From contig NC_134027.1 of the NCBI RefSeq assembly GCF_964204645.1, forward strand, positions 2,698,485 through 2,762,484: a stretch of DNA of 64,000 bases, given 5' to 3'. Numbering within the stretch: the stretch's first letter is position 1; each line of letters starts with the position of its first letter. This DNA is from Tubulanus polymorphus (lineage: Eukaryota > Animalia > Nemertea). Both the position numbers and the translations under genes were made by a program. Under the pieces are notes generated by a model. It worked only from the letters and a program-made list of their open reading frames with translations, had not been told where the DNA came from and searched no databases. This document shows positions 50,333 through 63,701 of this stretch, one piece after another.

Positions 50333-53300
50333 CTAGACACTGCAAGCGGTAGATGGAATTCGCAATACCTTATCCTTCTTTTTGTTTTTGCGTTCCTTCC
50401 ACGCGAACTCGGCTAAAGCGACCACTATCGATACCGTCGTTCCCGCGAATAGAACGACAAACACTCCGGCAACGTTCAGCATTCCCAGTTCATCTGCATC
50501 TTTCTCAGATTCATCTGTACACGCTCCTGCTCCTCCTTTCTCCCTCCACCATTGATGATACAAAGTTGTTATCTGTTCATTCTCTTGTAGTTTCAAAATG
50601 CTGTCCGATAGAAGATCTCTGTACGGCGAACCTTCAAATGGAATTAACAAATCGCATATCAATGTCGAATGAATCACAACTTGTGTCTGTTCAAATAATC
50701 GATTACCTCTTCGCAAACCGATGCCGTAACCTTTGGAATCAAGTCTCGATCCTATTTGTACGAGGTCGCAGTTTCTTTCCCGAAAATATTCATTAGTCGT
50801 AGATTCTATTAGAAACGCGTAACCGCCCTTTTTTACGCGATTGACGCCCTCTAACGTCGAGCCTACCATGACGCTTTCCGACCGGTTGAATTGCCGCATG
50901 AAATGCCACATTCTTTCGTAGATCGGGTTTTTAGAATTCTGTAAAAGAGTTCATTCGAAAATTAGGATTGCGGAAGATCCTCTTTATGGTGGCTGATAAG
51001 GGCCATAGCGTAAAATTCCTGGTATGTAAATGAGGGCGCCAGAACGCCAGAACGCCAAAACGAAAAAAAAACGTCCAATTTTCTCTAAAAGTTCGTTTTG
51101 GCGCGCCAAAACAAAGAAATTTCCGTTTTGGCGCCCCCGCCAAAACGAACTTTCATTTTGGCGCCCCCGCCAAAACGAACTTTCGTTTTGGCGCCCCCGC
51201 CAAAACAACGAAAAACGTCCAATTTTCTCTAAAAGTTCGTTTTGGCGCGCCAAAACAAAGAAAATTCCGTTTTGGCGCCCCCGCCAAAACGAACTTTCAT
51301 TTTGGCGCCCCCGCCAAAACGAACTTTCGTTTTGGCGCCCCCGCCAAAACAACGAAAAACGTCCAATTTTCTCTAAAAGTTCGTTTTGGCGCGCCAAAAC
51401 AAAGAAAATTCCGTTTTGGCGCCCCCGCCAAAACGAACTTTCATTTTGGCGCCCCCGCCAAAACGAACTTTCGTTTTGGCGCCCCCGCCAAAACAACGAA
51501 AAACGTCCAATTTTCTCTAAAAGTTCGTTTTGGCGCGCCAAAACGGAGAATATTCCGTTTTGGCGCCCCCGCCAAAACGAACTTTCATTTTGGCGCCCCC
51601 GCCAAAACGAACTTTGGTTTTGGCGCCCCCGCCAAAACAACGAAAAACGTCCAATTTTCTCTGAAAGTTCGTTTTGGCGCGCCAAAACAACGAATATTCC
51701 GTTTTGGCGCCCCCGCCAAAACGAACTTTCGTTTTGGCGCCCCCGCCAATACGAACTTTAAACCACGTAAAATAATTCTATATATACGTAAAATATTTTC
51801 ATTTATGCAAATTTATGCAAATTACACACAAGATCAACGCGCCAATTTGAAAAATAATTTTACAGTGGTTGAATGCTTGTTTTGGCGGGGGCGCCAAAAC
51901 GGAAATAACCGCGCCAAAACGAACTTTTCTTTGTTTTGGCGCGCCAAAACGAACTTTCAGAGAAATTTCGACGTTTTTCGTTGTTTTGGCGGGGGCGCCA
52001 AAACGAAAGTTCGTTTTGGCGGGGGCGCCAAAATGAAAGTTCGTTTTGGCGGGGGCGCCAAAACGGAATTTTCTTTGTTTTGGCGCGCCAAAACGAACTT
52101 TTAGAGAAAATTGGACGTTTTTCGTTGTTTTGGCGGGGGCGCCAAAACGAAAGTTCGTTTTGGCGGGGGCGCCAAAATGAAAGTTCGTTTTGGCGGGGGC
52201 GCCAAAACGGAAATTTCTTTGTTTTGGCGCGCCAAAACGAACTTTTAGAGAAAATTGGACGTTTTTTTTCGTTTTGGCGTTCTGGCGTTCTGGCGCCCTC
52301 ATTTACATACCAGGAATTTTACGCTATGGCCCTTATCAGCCACCATACCTCTTAGAGTCATTCGTCTAAAAATATATACCTTAAAGAATGTATGAGAAGA
52401 ACCACCCCAGATCGAGCCGTATCTTATCTCGGTCTGTTTCGATAAGTCTTCGGCGCTATTTATTGGAGAACTAAGCTTTTCAATCGTGAGGAAAGCTGCC
52501 AAATTAGCAGTATAAGACGAGATCATAATCAGTGTAAAAAACCACCAGAATCCACTGGCTACACGAGTTGAGTTCGCTATTGGAGCTATCTCTGAACCTA
52601 CAATACATGATATCACACATAGATATATCATTCCACTAATGCCATAGAATTTTCAATTTGAAATGTTACAGACCTTGCTGCATAAGTGACCCTATCGTAA
52701 ACCAGAAACTGTTGCGAAACGTGAACTGATTTTCTAGTTCATCGGGATTCTGGTCACAGGGATGAGGATTCTGCCATTCGTACGGTGTAAATCGACCAAT
52801 TACAAATATAATCAGACTAACAATAACGTATGAGACCAACATCAGCGCCCAGACATCGTTTGAAAAAGGCGAAAGGAAAGAAAACAAACTGGGATCCTTT
52901 TTCTCCGGTTTTTTTCCGAGGATCGTAATTCCGAGATTCATGAACGGTTTCGTAAAGTCGATTACTTGCTCTCTGTCATAGCTAATGGATAGTGGTGCAA
53001 CCGCTAGATCAGCTTTCTGTAAACATACAGTACAAAACACAATCTTCTCATGTTTATTTTCTTGATAGGTTCTTGATTCAGTTCTGTGCAGTAGTCATTA
53101 GCGTGAACTGAAATCTACGGTACGCCGAAATATAGAATATCATACCTGATCCATTAACTCACGAACCATACCATTCCAGCCGTAATTCCTGACCGGGGCT
53201 CCGTATCTTCCATCAGCTACCAGTTTTATCGTGTAGTTGAAATGTAAATCCGCAGCCATTAATTTGAGTAAATCTACGCAGAATCCTTCGAATCGGTCGT

Positions 53301-56041
53301 TGCCTACGAGCTTACGACCTGGCGATTTCTTCAACATCATGAACGGTGCTTCCTGTGAAGAATGTGTAGAATGTTAACTTCGCTGCCATGATTTATTTCA
53401 AATATACATCGAAAATCACGATTCACTCACTAAAATAGTCGTAACAATGAGTGGTTTTGATTTTTGTCCCGGTTGAATTCTGATCTTGTCACCTTTGACG
53501 ACGAGACCGATTTCTGGGGTCCAAGAACCAATCTGCATAATAATCAACCATCATTCCATTAGGATTGTGTAAACATTTCTAAGGGGATGCGAGATTATGA
53601 ATATTCACATAGTTTCTATGCTTACTTCTTGATTTTTTGAATCAACTAATTCCAATGAAAATCTTGATCGCTTAAACGAATTGTCAAATTCCACGGTACC
53701 TGTCATACCTCGAGTTTGCGTCTACAAAATAATGCAATGAATTAATCATTTGATTATTCCTTATGAAAGAATAGATAAATATGATTTTCAGTTATCACTT
53801 ATGGATGTTTCATGAGTTTCAGAATTTGAACATAAATCAATGATGTCATTTGATGCAACCAATGATAAACCTTTTCCAGATTTTTTAACAAAGATGCCCC
53901 TTGTGGCCAGGGAGCTGGCGAAGTGCACGACTGTGGATTCACACTAAGCGTATCAGTAGAATTGATGGCGGTTGCAAAAAGTTGTACAGCATCGTTTATC
54001 AGCGCAGCTTGCGTCTGAAAAGAGAAAAGAACGGGATTCTACAACCTACACCTAAACCTACAGTAATTATTTTTACCCGGGTCACCAACAAATTACTTCG
54101 ATAACCGTGTTACATTAATTACTAGGATAAATACCGGGTCAGAAATATATAAACAGCAGTTAATTCTAAATATGTTATAGAGAAATAAATCGCTATACAA
54201 ATAGTATATAATACTTACTGTGATCGAGGGCAAGAGTTCACTAAATGTATGGTTTCCTGGAAAACCTTTATCAATGTTTCCTGCGGGTGATTTGGGAGGT
54301 TTCATCATTCTGTAAAACCTTATCTTTCCGCCAACATCTTCGAAGTCACTCAAGTCAAATGTGTCGATGTCCTAAAAGAATTTGAATACAAATCATCTTT
54401 GAATGTTACCTGTAGGAAGGTAATGCCCCCGTCAATATGCCAGATATCACAGTTTTTGCTTACAAGCGTGGTGAAAATGTAGTTGTAATATACCGTTAAC
54501 ATTTCCAGCTTCAACGCCTAAAATAACAATAGGAATAGAAGATCGAATCTGAATAGATGTATTGGACGAAGTTCAACAGTACTTGATTACCTTTGTATTG
54601 CATTTAGTTTTTTTTTCGATATGAACAATGTTTCAATATGGTTTTGTTTATTTCATTATTGTAAATATGCATGGCTGAAAACAAACCAACAAACCTCTAA
54701 TAAAAACGAGTGAACGTCACCATTAGGAAAATCGACGACAAAATTTGTTTCTCCGAGTTTTTTCATTTCTTTAAGCAATTTTCTGTAATCTTCATTTTTG
54801 TTTATGATAGCTCTTGTTGTAACTCGTTTGCCATCGTGGCCCCGGACCCAGGTTTTGCTAGACGCGTTATCATTCTTATTCTCAAACAACGAATTCAAAA
54901 GAATTAATCCTGAAATAAAAAACAACGTTATTTTCACGAGTTGCTATTGAATTGTTGGCAGGTCTTGTGTTGTCGACCATCGTTTAACAGCGGTTAGGCC
55001 ATGAAACATGCATACCGTGGTTGTCCTCGTGGAATATTGTAAATCTTCGCCATTTTAAATATTTCACAAGATCAACAAAAGCTGCGCCAAGTGTTTCACT
55101 ATCCGGATATAAGTTAACCGTATAAGAATGTCGTGTTTTCTCGGTTTCAAGTCGTACGTTCAAATGAGGAACATTCATCACTTCACACATTGACCCGACG
55201 TGTCGCGCTGATTCGCCGTTGTACATAGGTCCAATAATTGCGGCAATACCTTTACTAAACAACTCACAAGCTGCAAAAATACGCCGTGGTTCTTTTTAAC
55301 TTATAAATAACATTGTAGACTGAATAGGCATTCCGGTAACGGGTTCTATCGTCTTATAATTTTGGTTACATGTATGTATTTTCTACTGTTTTTCCAGTTT
55401 TCCGTTTGAAGCGACCAACTGATGACACACGTTCATTCATATATCAACCTACCTTTTCCAGATGCTATGAAACTATTATCATTATCAGGCACCTCTACAA
55501 TCTCAGCTACTAGTCGTCGACTGTTTTGCGCGATTTTTTTCGTATTCACCAATTCGACTGCCTTTTGGAAAACTTGTTTGTCAAGCTTAAACCTCTTTTC
55601 GAACAAACCACCTTTGTGAAATTATTTTGAATAGTTTAAGGATTTTTTCAAACAGGCAAACTGCTGGGCTTTAAGATTGTTTGTGAAACATAGCTATATT
55701 AACCCTCATATTTAGAAATTTTGCGTTGCAAACGGCTATCCATAATTTCTGATATAGGATCAACTTCAAATAAATGAATAGAGGGCAAACAGCCACCTAC
55801 ATAATTGTCATTCACAATAAAAGATTTACGGTTATATCAATGTTTTCATGTAATTAGGGTGTAATGTAGTACTAGAAATAGTGTCGTTACGTACAGCTGT
55901 ATCGTAATAACAGAAAAGTGGTTGTTTAACTGAATGAAACATTTTTTTAAAGGAGATTTGATCCTTACCTATCTTAATATCAGCGGCGAAAGTGAATCTT
56001 ATCAAAACAACCAGACACAGAACTTCCGTAAACTTTGACAT
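50333..56041 (-). CDS. Ionotropic glutamate receptor, kainate-like, paralog A (3' end uncertain)
   Basis: Signal peptide, [83 protein letters not shown] and M4 NVAGVFVVL. Confidence 0.93.
50985..52347. mobile_element. Non-autonomous foldback DNA transposon (IS3EU-like termini) with internal 144-bp higher-order repeats, in an intron of iGluR A
   Basis: TIR tatggtggctgataagggccatagcg... / ...gcccttatcagccaccata. 6-bp TSD cctctt at 50979-50984 and 52348-52353. Marker acgtccaatt recurs at 51071, 51215, 51359, 51503 and 51647, and the array is mirrored in the right arm. Confidence 0.85.
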
Positions 56042-57142
56042 GGCGCTACTTGATTCGTCCTATACTAGTATATTACATTAGGTTCGACGACATTTGAGCT
56101 GCACAAAATATTACATCCAGTCCTAAGGAAATCTCATCGTCCGAGTACTTCAACAAGTTGATGTTATCTCGTCTTCATTCGTGTCACAAATGTGGTGATA
56201 GTATGTGACGTGTTGTGACATACCCCACTAAATGTATTCATATTAAGTGAATAATAGTTCATATAATTGTCTCGTGTGCGGGGCAATTACTTTTACGCTT
56301 TGACGCCGGAGCAGATTGGTTGAATGAAAAAAATTGGTAAAATTGAATCACGAAGGTATAAAATCGTGTCACTGTTATCGCTGAGGCTGAAGTATCGCAT
56401 GCATGATGTAACAGTTTTCAGTCAGTCAGGAACTATCGTGTTTTCCACAACATCCAGCGAGAGAAAAACACAAACACCACCCGAGTATCACAAGTTATAA
56501 GTATATACGCCTTCACTTTCGCTTTATCCCGATAAACTTCCTAAATATCATTCCTTGTTCCGTATCTTCAAGAAAACACAAGGCACAAATACGTATACAC
56601 GAACTTTGAAACTCGGAAGGTTGAACAGTTACTGCGAAGTTCGCGTGAACTAACACGTGATGTAATGTACTGCAGTACTGTTAAATATGATTTATGGTAA
56701 ATCCTTGGCAGATAAGACTTAGAACGTATGAGGGTAACATTCGAGAGGTAATCGCGGTCAGTTGCACCACGCACTCTCTTCGTTTCAGATTTCATGGTTG
56801 CGCGAGTATCAGATGATCATCAACTCGCCGCTTCATCTATAAATATCTTGAGAAAACGAAAAATGTTGCATTCCTTACGAATGGCAATTCCGAGAAGATT
56901 TCTAAAAGGTTTTTGATATTTCATCTCAAAAATCTGTTTATTCATCAATAGATTACCAACGTGTAAAGTGTCAAAACAATAAATTTATGAGTCATCTAAG
57001 AAACTAATTTGATTATCGAAATAGACAAGGAAACCTTACGGAGTCCAAACTAAGCGATATCCCGTGAAATAAGCAAAACGCCTACAATACTATACAGAAA
57101 ATAATGGAGGAGCAAAGTTAAAAAAGGTTTCGCGGTATTTTC

Positions 57143-60100
57143 TTATTCGGTGCCAGTTTTATCGCAATCGGTATCCTCTGGTTCAGCAGGTCGTGTCGAG
57201 GATCCATTACAACGAGCTGCTATTTTCAGTTCGTTTAAAACGCTTTCACCAAGTGGCAACTGAAAAAAAATATTGACTATCAAACAATTTTTTTCTCTCC
57301 ATTAAAATGACGTGATCGTCGAAATGTATTCGTGATAATAGAATATCACTCAAGTTCAGATGGTGAGATGCAAATTCCAACAAAGAAAATATCACATTTC
57401 ATATCAAATTACGTTACGATGAAATATCACCAAACTTCTCAACTGTTAAATAAAATGCGAACAAATATCTTTTGATTTCTGTGCTTACCTTGTTTCCCTT
57501 TTTACTTCTACGATGGTGCCAGACGAATTCGAACAAAGCGATAACTATCGCTACTAAAGTTCCGATGAATAAAACGAAGAAGACACCTGCTACATTTAGT
57601 ATACCGAGTTCATTGGCATCTGTTTCTGTTTGTTCATCGCACATTCCAGCGCCTTCACTCTCCCGCCACCATTTCTCATATAATTCCGCTAATCGTTCCT
57701 GCTCTTGCAGCTTCAGTATACTGTCTGATATGACATCTCTATACGGAGAACCTGTTTATAGTGGAAACTCTTAATAGCATAACATTTAATCATGTCGTTA
57801 GTGTCATTAGAAAAAAATAATGCAGACAATGCAGGCGTCCTTATTTGGGATATATTTTGGTCGTCTCAGTTAAAATTTATTATCCAGGGTCCAGTTCCAC
57901 AGTTCCGAGTTAAGATTTGACTCAGAGTTTACTCATTGAAAATGAACTAACTTTAACTCAGTGTTAACCCTAACTCACAACTGTGGAACTGGGTCCAGGT
58001 TCATTCCGAGTTGAAAGAAACCTAAAAAATCATTTATTACTTAAAAAAGATTCATTCCGAGTTAGCTTACGAAAGTTTTGGAGCATTTGTTAACTTGATT
58101 TGAGCAAATTAGTTTACAAGTATCAGTGTCTTTACCTCGTCGAGTTCCTACCCCGTACCCCTTAGAATCGAGTCTGGAACCGATTTGAAATAGGTCGCAA
58201 TTTCTTTCGGTAAAATATTCATTTGTAGTCGATTCGAGCAGAAAGGCGTAACCTCCTTTTTTCACTCGGTCAACGCCCTCTTGCGTCGAATCAACCATCA
58301 CACTTTGCTCTCGTTTGAAGTGTTTCATGAAGTGCCACATTCGTGCATAGATCGGATTCTTCGAACTCGTTAAATACAGACACTTTAAAACCCACCATCT
58401 TAAAAATCAAAACATTAAGCTTAGGCCCGAAGCATTGGAGACAGGATACCCGAAAAAACAGGTGTGAAGATCCACCCCAGATGGTGCCGTATTTTATATC
58501 TGTTTGCTTCGATAAGTCTTCGGCGTCATTGATCGGGGAACTAAGCTTATCGATCGTGAGGAAAGCTGCCAAATTAGCAGTGTAAGACGAGATCATAATC
58601 AGTGTAAAAAACCACCAGAATCCACTTGCTACACGAGTTGAGTTCGCTATTGGAGCTATCTCTGAACCTACAATACATGATATCACACATACATATTTCA
58701 TTTCACTGGTCCATAGTATTTTCAATTTGAAATGTTACAGACCTTGTTGCATAAGTGACCCTATCGTAAACCAGAAACTGTTGCGAAACGTGAATTGATT
58801 TTCTAGTTCATCGGGATTCTGGTCACAGGGGTGAGGATTCTGCCATTCGTACGGTGTAAATCGACCAATTACAAACGTTACGAGGCTGATGACGATATAG
58901 GCAAACAGCATGAGCGCCCAGACACCGTCAGAAAATGGCGACAAAAACGAAAATAATTTCGGGTCCGGCTTCGCCGGTTTTTTACCGAGAATCGTTATTC
59001 CTAGATTCATATAAGGTTTTGTGAAGTCGATCACTTGTTCTCGGTCGTAACTGATTGTAAGTGGCGCGACCGCTAAATCAGCTTTCTGTAAAACAATGCC
59101 ACATTTTTCTAATCATATATATTCTTATATCTCATATCCTATTATTCTGGTCATTTACAGAAAGTCCGATGCTTTTCTCACGAAAACGTATATGAGTATA
59201 CACAAACCTGGTCCATAAGTTCTCTAACCATTCCATTCCAACCGTTTTTAACGGGAGCGCCATATTTCCCATCTGCTACCAGACGAATGGTATAATTGAA
59301 TCCAATATCTTCGGCAATCATTCTTATCATGTCGATACAGAAACCTTCAAATCTATCGTTTCCCGTGTAGTTAGCTTCACCGATATTCGGCTTCCTCAAC
59401 ATTACAAAAGGAGCTTCCTGAATATCAGAAATAGAGACACTACAAAATATTTAATTCCTGTAAAATCTTCAAAACTTGCATGAAGGAATAATAATAATAA
59501 CCATAATAGTTGTAACGACGAGGGCTTGTGGTTCTTTCTGTAACGGCATCTTTTTCAGTTTGTTCCCGATAACAGCTAGTCCATTATTCGGGTCCCAGTA
59601 TCCAAGCTGCAGAAGATTTCAACACATCATCAACGACTTTTGGATAAACAGTATTCGGTTGGAAAAAAATGGACTGAAGACATGATATATTCGTTTTAAT
59701 GATATGGGTAGAAATTCGTACAGAAAATTAGCTCTTAATTTACGCACCACGTCATTATTCGCATCAACCATCCTCAGTGTAAACATGATTCGCCTGCCCA
59801 GGTCATCGACCTCGATTTGACCGGTCAAACCATTCGAAATCTATCAGAAATATTGTTTATAGAATAATTACATATTATTCACGTGATGTCTCGTATAGGG
59901 TGATTAATAATCGCGTCAGTTGCTACAAATCGTTTACGACGCAGTGGAGGATATTCACGAGTCATTTGATCGGGTCATGTCAAAACGGATAACAACTTAC
60001 ATTTTCATTGATAATTCTTTGCAGCAGAGAATTCCCTCGTGGCCAATGGGTTGGTGAACTGCATGATTGTCCAGTTACTGTAACAAGCGATTGGTTTTCA

Positions 60101-63100
60101 ACTGCAGTTAGAGCTCTAGCCACTAGTTGGATGGCATCGTAGATAAGCGCTGATTGCGTCTGAAAATTGTGATATTCTGTGTTTTAAATTGCCTGAAGAT
60201 CAAAGATGAATTCAAGTAGCAAACAGTTAGAAACAGTTGTGATACTTTTATGCATTTAACAATGATGGTTCTGTGAACTAGAATCTTACCGTCACCGCAT
60301 CTGTTCGATTGTCAACGGTGTTTCCTGCAATTTTGAGACCTTTGCTTAGTTCGGGTATGAGTGGATGGGAAGGATCGACCAATCTGTAAAACCTGATCTT
60401 TCCACCGATATCTCGGAAGTCGCTGAGATCCATTACACCAACATCCTCGTAAAATATAAGTTATTTGTAGGTGACAAATATCGGGCATAAGTATCTAACA
60501 AGAATATATCATCATCGGTATTTATTTACCATAGTTGTGAAGATGAAATTGAAATAAACAGTCAGCATTTCCAACTTGAGTGCCTATTTTTAAGGAATCG
60601 GACAGACGGGGATTAGTTACTGTATAACTCACTGTCAGTGTTCATACATCATACGCATCATACTTCTGTATGAAATAGTTGCGACAGAGCAAATAACCTT
60701 TTACCTGCCTTACGAAGAGATTTACAGGCAAAACAATCTAGCAATAAACCATTTTACAGTTGCTAGCCGCCATTTTGTTAGGGTACTTTTGTCCCGTATT
60801 GTTGGGTCATTTTTTTCTATTTTTTAAAAACTATCCGTGATGCGTGTTGTATCATATTTCATCTGTCCATGGATGGATTTTGACAACTTCAGCAACATTC
60901 AAACCGCGTGAATCTCTAGTTTTCAGTTATGTAAAAATCATTTCTCAAATTTACAACAATGCGACATGAGAGCGATATAAAAATCGGTGGTCAGTTTTTG
61001 CCGTGCGCATAGAAATCAAGGGTACTGAACTTTGAAGTTCGTTATTTTCAGAAATAATTTTCTAAAAAATCCAAGCATTTCGAGAACTGTGCGCATAAAT
61101 GCCCCATTTCAGGTGAACTTTGAAATTTTAAGATATCTTGCCTAGTTTTTTTCCTATGGCACTTTAACTGCAGCGCGTGTATTGTCATTCCGAGATTCGG
61201 CGCTGTTTTCTTTGCGTGTATTTCAGTATATGGGTGTTATTTTTTCATTTTTACTACACTTGTCTCTACGGAAAATGGTTTTAATTGTTGGTACGAGCAT
61301 CAGGTTTTAATATTACGGCATTAATATTGTATTCCGTTCTCCGGCGCTAGTTCGTAATGGCTGTATTGGTAGCCGCTTTTACAGCAGGCAGAGGCTTACG
61401 TACATGCACCCAAGAAAACCCAAAATATCACTCTTTTGTTGTAAATGCAATCCACACACTTCTTGCGTTTTTGTGATGGTAGATGTCACTTTTTACTTTT
61501 TATCACCTGTGTCTGACATTAGGACTTGATACTTGATATGTCACCACCAAAGCAAGAAAACGTTTTCCTATATTTTCTTCCCAATCTAATCAATCTTGTG
61601 TGTACTTAATAGAAAGTATTCATAGAAAGTAGCTGAATATTTGCCCCAACCCATTTGTCCAGCTTTTTGACCACTTCTCCATCCATCTAATTTCAGTAGA
61701 TTTTTATGTAAATTTATTGATAGACTACTGATTTAAATGGTCATCATACTCGATTTTGAGTGATATATTTCTTTTCTTCTTCCATCTCAATATAGGCCCA
61801 TATATTCTCTTCCCGCGCGCAACTTCGAATACGTGATCAAAATGCCGTTCAGTCTCGCTGCTAAAACTGGTAAAAAAATCCCTTAAACTCCAACATCTCT
61901 AATGTCTTCGATCTATTATATTGCATAAATGACGTAATATTAAAACCTGATACTCGTACCAACAATTAAAACCATTTTCCGTAGAGACAAGTGTAGTAAA
62001 AATGAAAAAATAACACCCATATACTGAAATACACGCAAAGAAAACAGCGCCGAATCTCGGAATGACAATACACGCGCTGCAGTTAAAGTGCCATAGGAAA
62101 AAAACTAGGCAAGATATCTTAAAATTTCAAAGTTCACCTGAAAGGGGGCATTTATGCGCACAGTTCTCGAAATGCTTGGATTTTTTAGAAAATTATTTCT
62201 GAAAATAACGAACTTCAAAGTTCAGTACCCTTGATTTCTATGCGCACGGCAAAAACTGACCACCGATTTTTATATCGCTCTCATGTCGCATTGTTGTAAA
62301 TTTGAGAAATGATTTTTACATAACTGAAAACTAGAGATTCACGCGGTTTGAATGTTGCTGAAGTTGTCAAAATCCATCCATGGACAGATGAAATATGATA
62401 CAACACGAATCACGGATAGTTTTTAAAAAATAGAAAAAAATGACCCAACAATACGGGACAAAAGTACCCTAACAAAATGGCGGCTAGCAACTGTAAAATG
62501 GTTTATTTTGATGTCTCGTCAAACATATCCGACAAAATGTTATCGTTTCAAAGCGAAGGAACGTCTATTCTAAAATACCGACAACCTACGTGTAGTTATT
62601 AATCACAGTCATTTTTCTGGTTGTCTGCAAATTTGATGTTTATTACTACTGGAAACAAAACATCACGAAAGGTATAAATAATCGCGAATTACTACCTCGA
62701 ATAAAATATCTTTCACGATTTCGCTTCGGCAATCTACGATGAAATGCATTTCGCCACTTGTCTTTAGTTCTTTCAGCAACGAGTTATAATCGTGTTTATC
62801 TGCACCAATACGCCGAGTCGTGATACGGTAACCATCTTGCCCCCGGACCCACTCATCTGATGTGTTTGCTTTCTTTTTATTTTTCAACAAAGAACTCAAC
62901 AAAAATAGACCTAGAATAATGCATACGAGATATTGATAAGCTGTGAAGTTAGATGATTTTATATCCATATTCGAACGAAGCGTAAAGAGGCTTGGTTTGT
63001 TTACCGTGGTTGTCCTCGTGGAGTATTGTAAATCTTCGCCATTTTAGATATTTCACAAGATCAACAAAAGCTGCGCCAAGTGTTTCACTGTCCGGATATA

Positions 63101-63701
63101 AGTTAATCGTATAAGAATGTCGTATTTTCTGGGTTTCAAGTCGTACGTTCAAATGAGGAACATTCATCACTTCACACATTGACCCGACGTGTCGCGCTGA
63201 TTCGCCGTTGTACATAGGTCCGATAATTGCGGCAATACCTTTACTAAACAACTCACAAGCTGCAAAAATACTTTACGATAATGTATAATGTATTCATCCG
63301 ACAAGCTATCAAATAAGAAAGATGAAATACGTGTAATATAAAACCTTTTCTAGCTGTTATAAAGCTGTTGTCATCTCTGGATATCTCCGCAATTTGTGCT
63401 CGTAGAGTTGTTTGGGGTAATACGTCCCGTCGTGAGTTCACATCTTCAATCGCTCGTCGGAAAACATCATTCTCCGTCTTAAAATTCTTCTCAAACAACC
63501 CGCCTGTTTTATAATGAAGGTGTTATAACAGTTTCCTCATGAACTTGCCCTAAATCTCGTATACTTTCTTACGTTATAAACGTATTTGAATACTTATCAA
63601 AATGAAATCTGACCAATTTGAATATCGGCTGCCAATATCGATCCAATCCATAAAGCGGCAAATGATACGCATATACAACCACATCGGTATCCCAGCTTCA
63701 T
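57143..63701 (-). CDS. Ionotropic glutamate receptor, kainate-like, paralog B
   Basis: Start MKLGYRC..AADIQIG and the same exon series as paralog A, with [42 protein letters not shown]. Last exon [20 protein letters not shown]. Confidence 0.93.
57886..57999. mobile_element. ~110-bp MITE (Harbinger-like termini)
   Basis: TIR ggtccagttccacagtt / aactgtggaactgggtcc. Confidence 0.65.
60743..62507. mobile_element. Foldback element with ~575-bp near-perfect arms and ~615-bp spacer, in an intron of iGluR B
   Basis: aataaaccattttacagttgctagccgcc... (60743-61317) is the reverse complement of 61933-62507 with only a few mismatches. Confidence 0.9.

Noticed and set aside
51030-52355. Long repetitive ORFs ([10 protein letters not shown]...) and a CRISPR-like look of palindromic repeats with spacers
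   Set aside because: The ORFs arise because the 144-bp repeat is a multiple of 3 and lacks stops. The 'spacers' are themselves repeated, the array lies inside a TIR element in a eukaryotic intron, and there are no cas genes.
52598-52673. Conserved intron after the Q/R site as an editing-complementary sequence
   Set aside because: The intron has no complement to the MQQG exon end. Its similarity between paralogs is better explained by the conversion tract.
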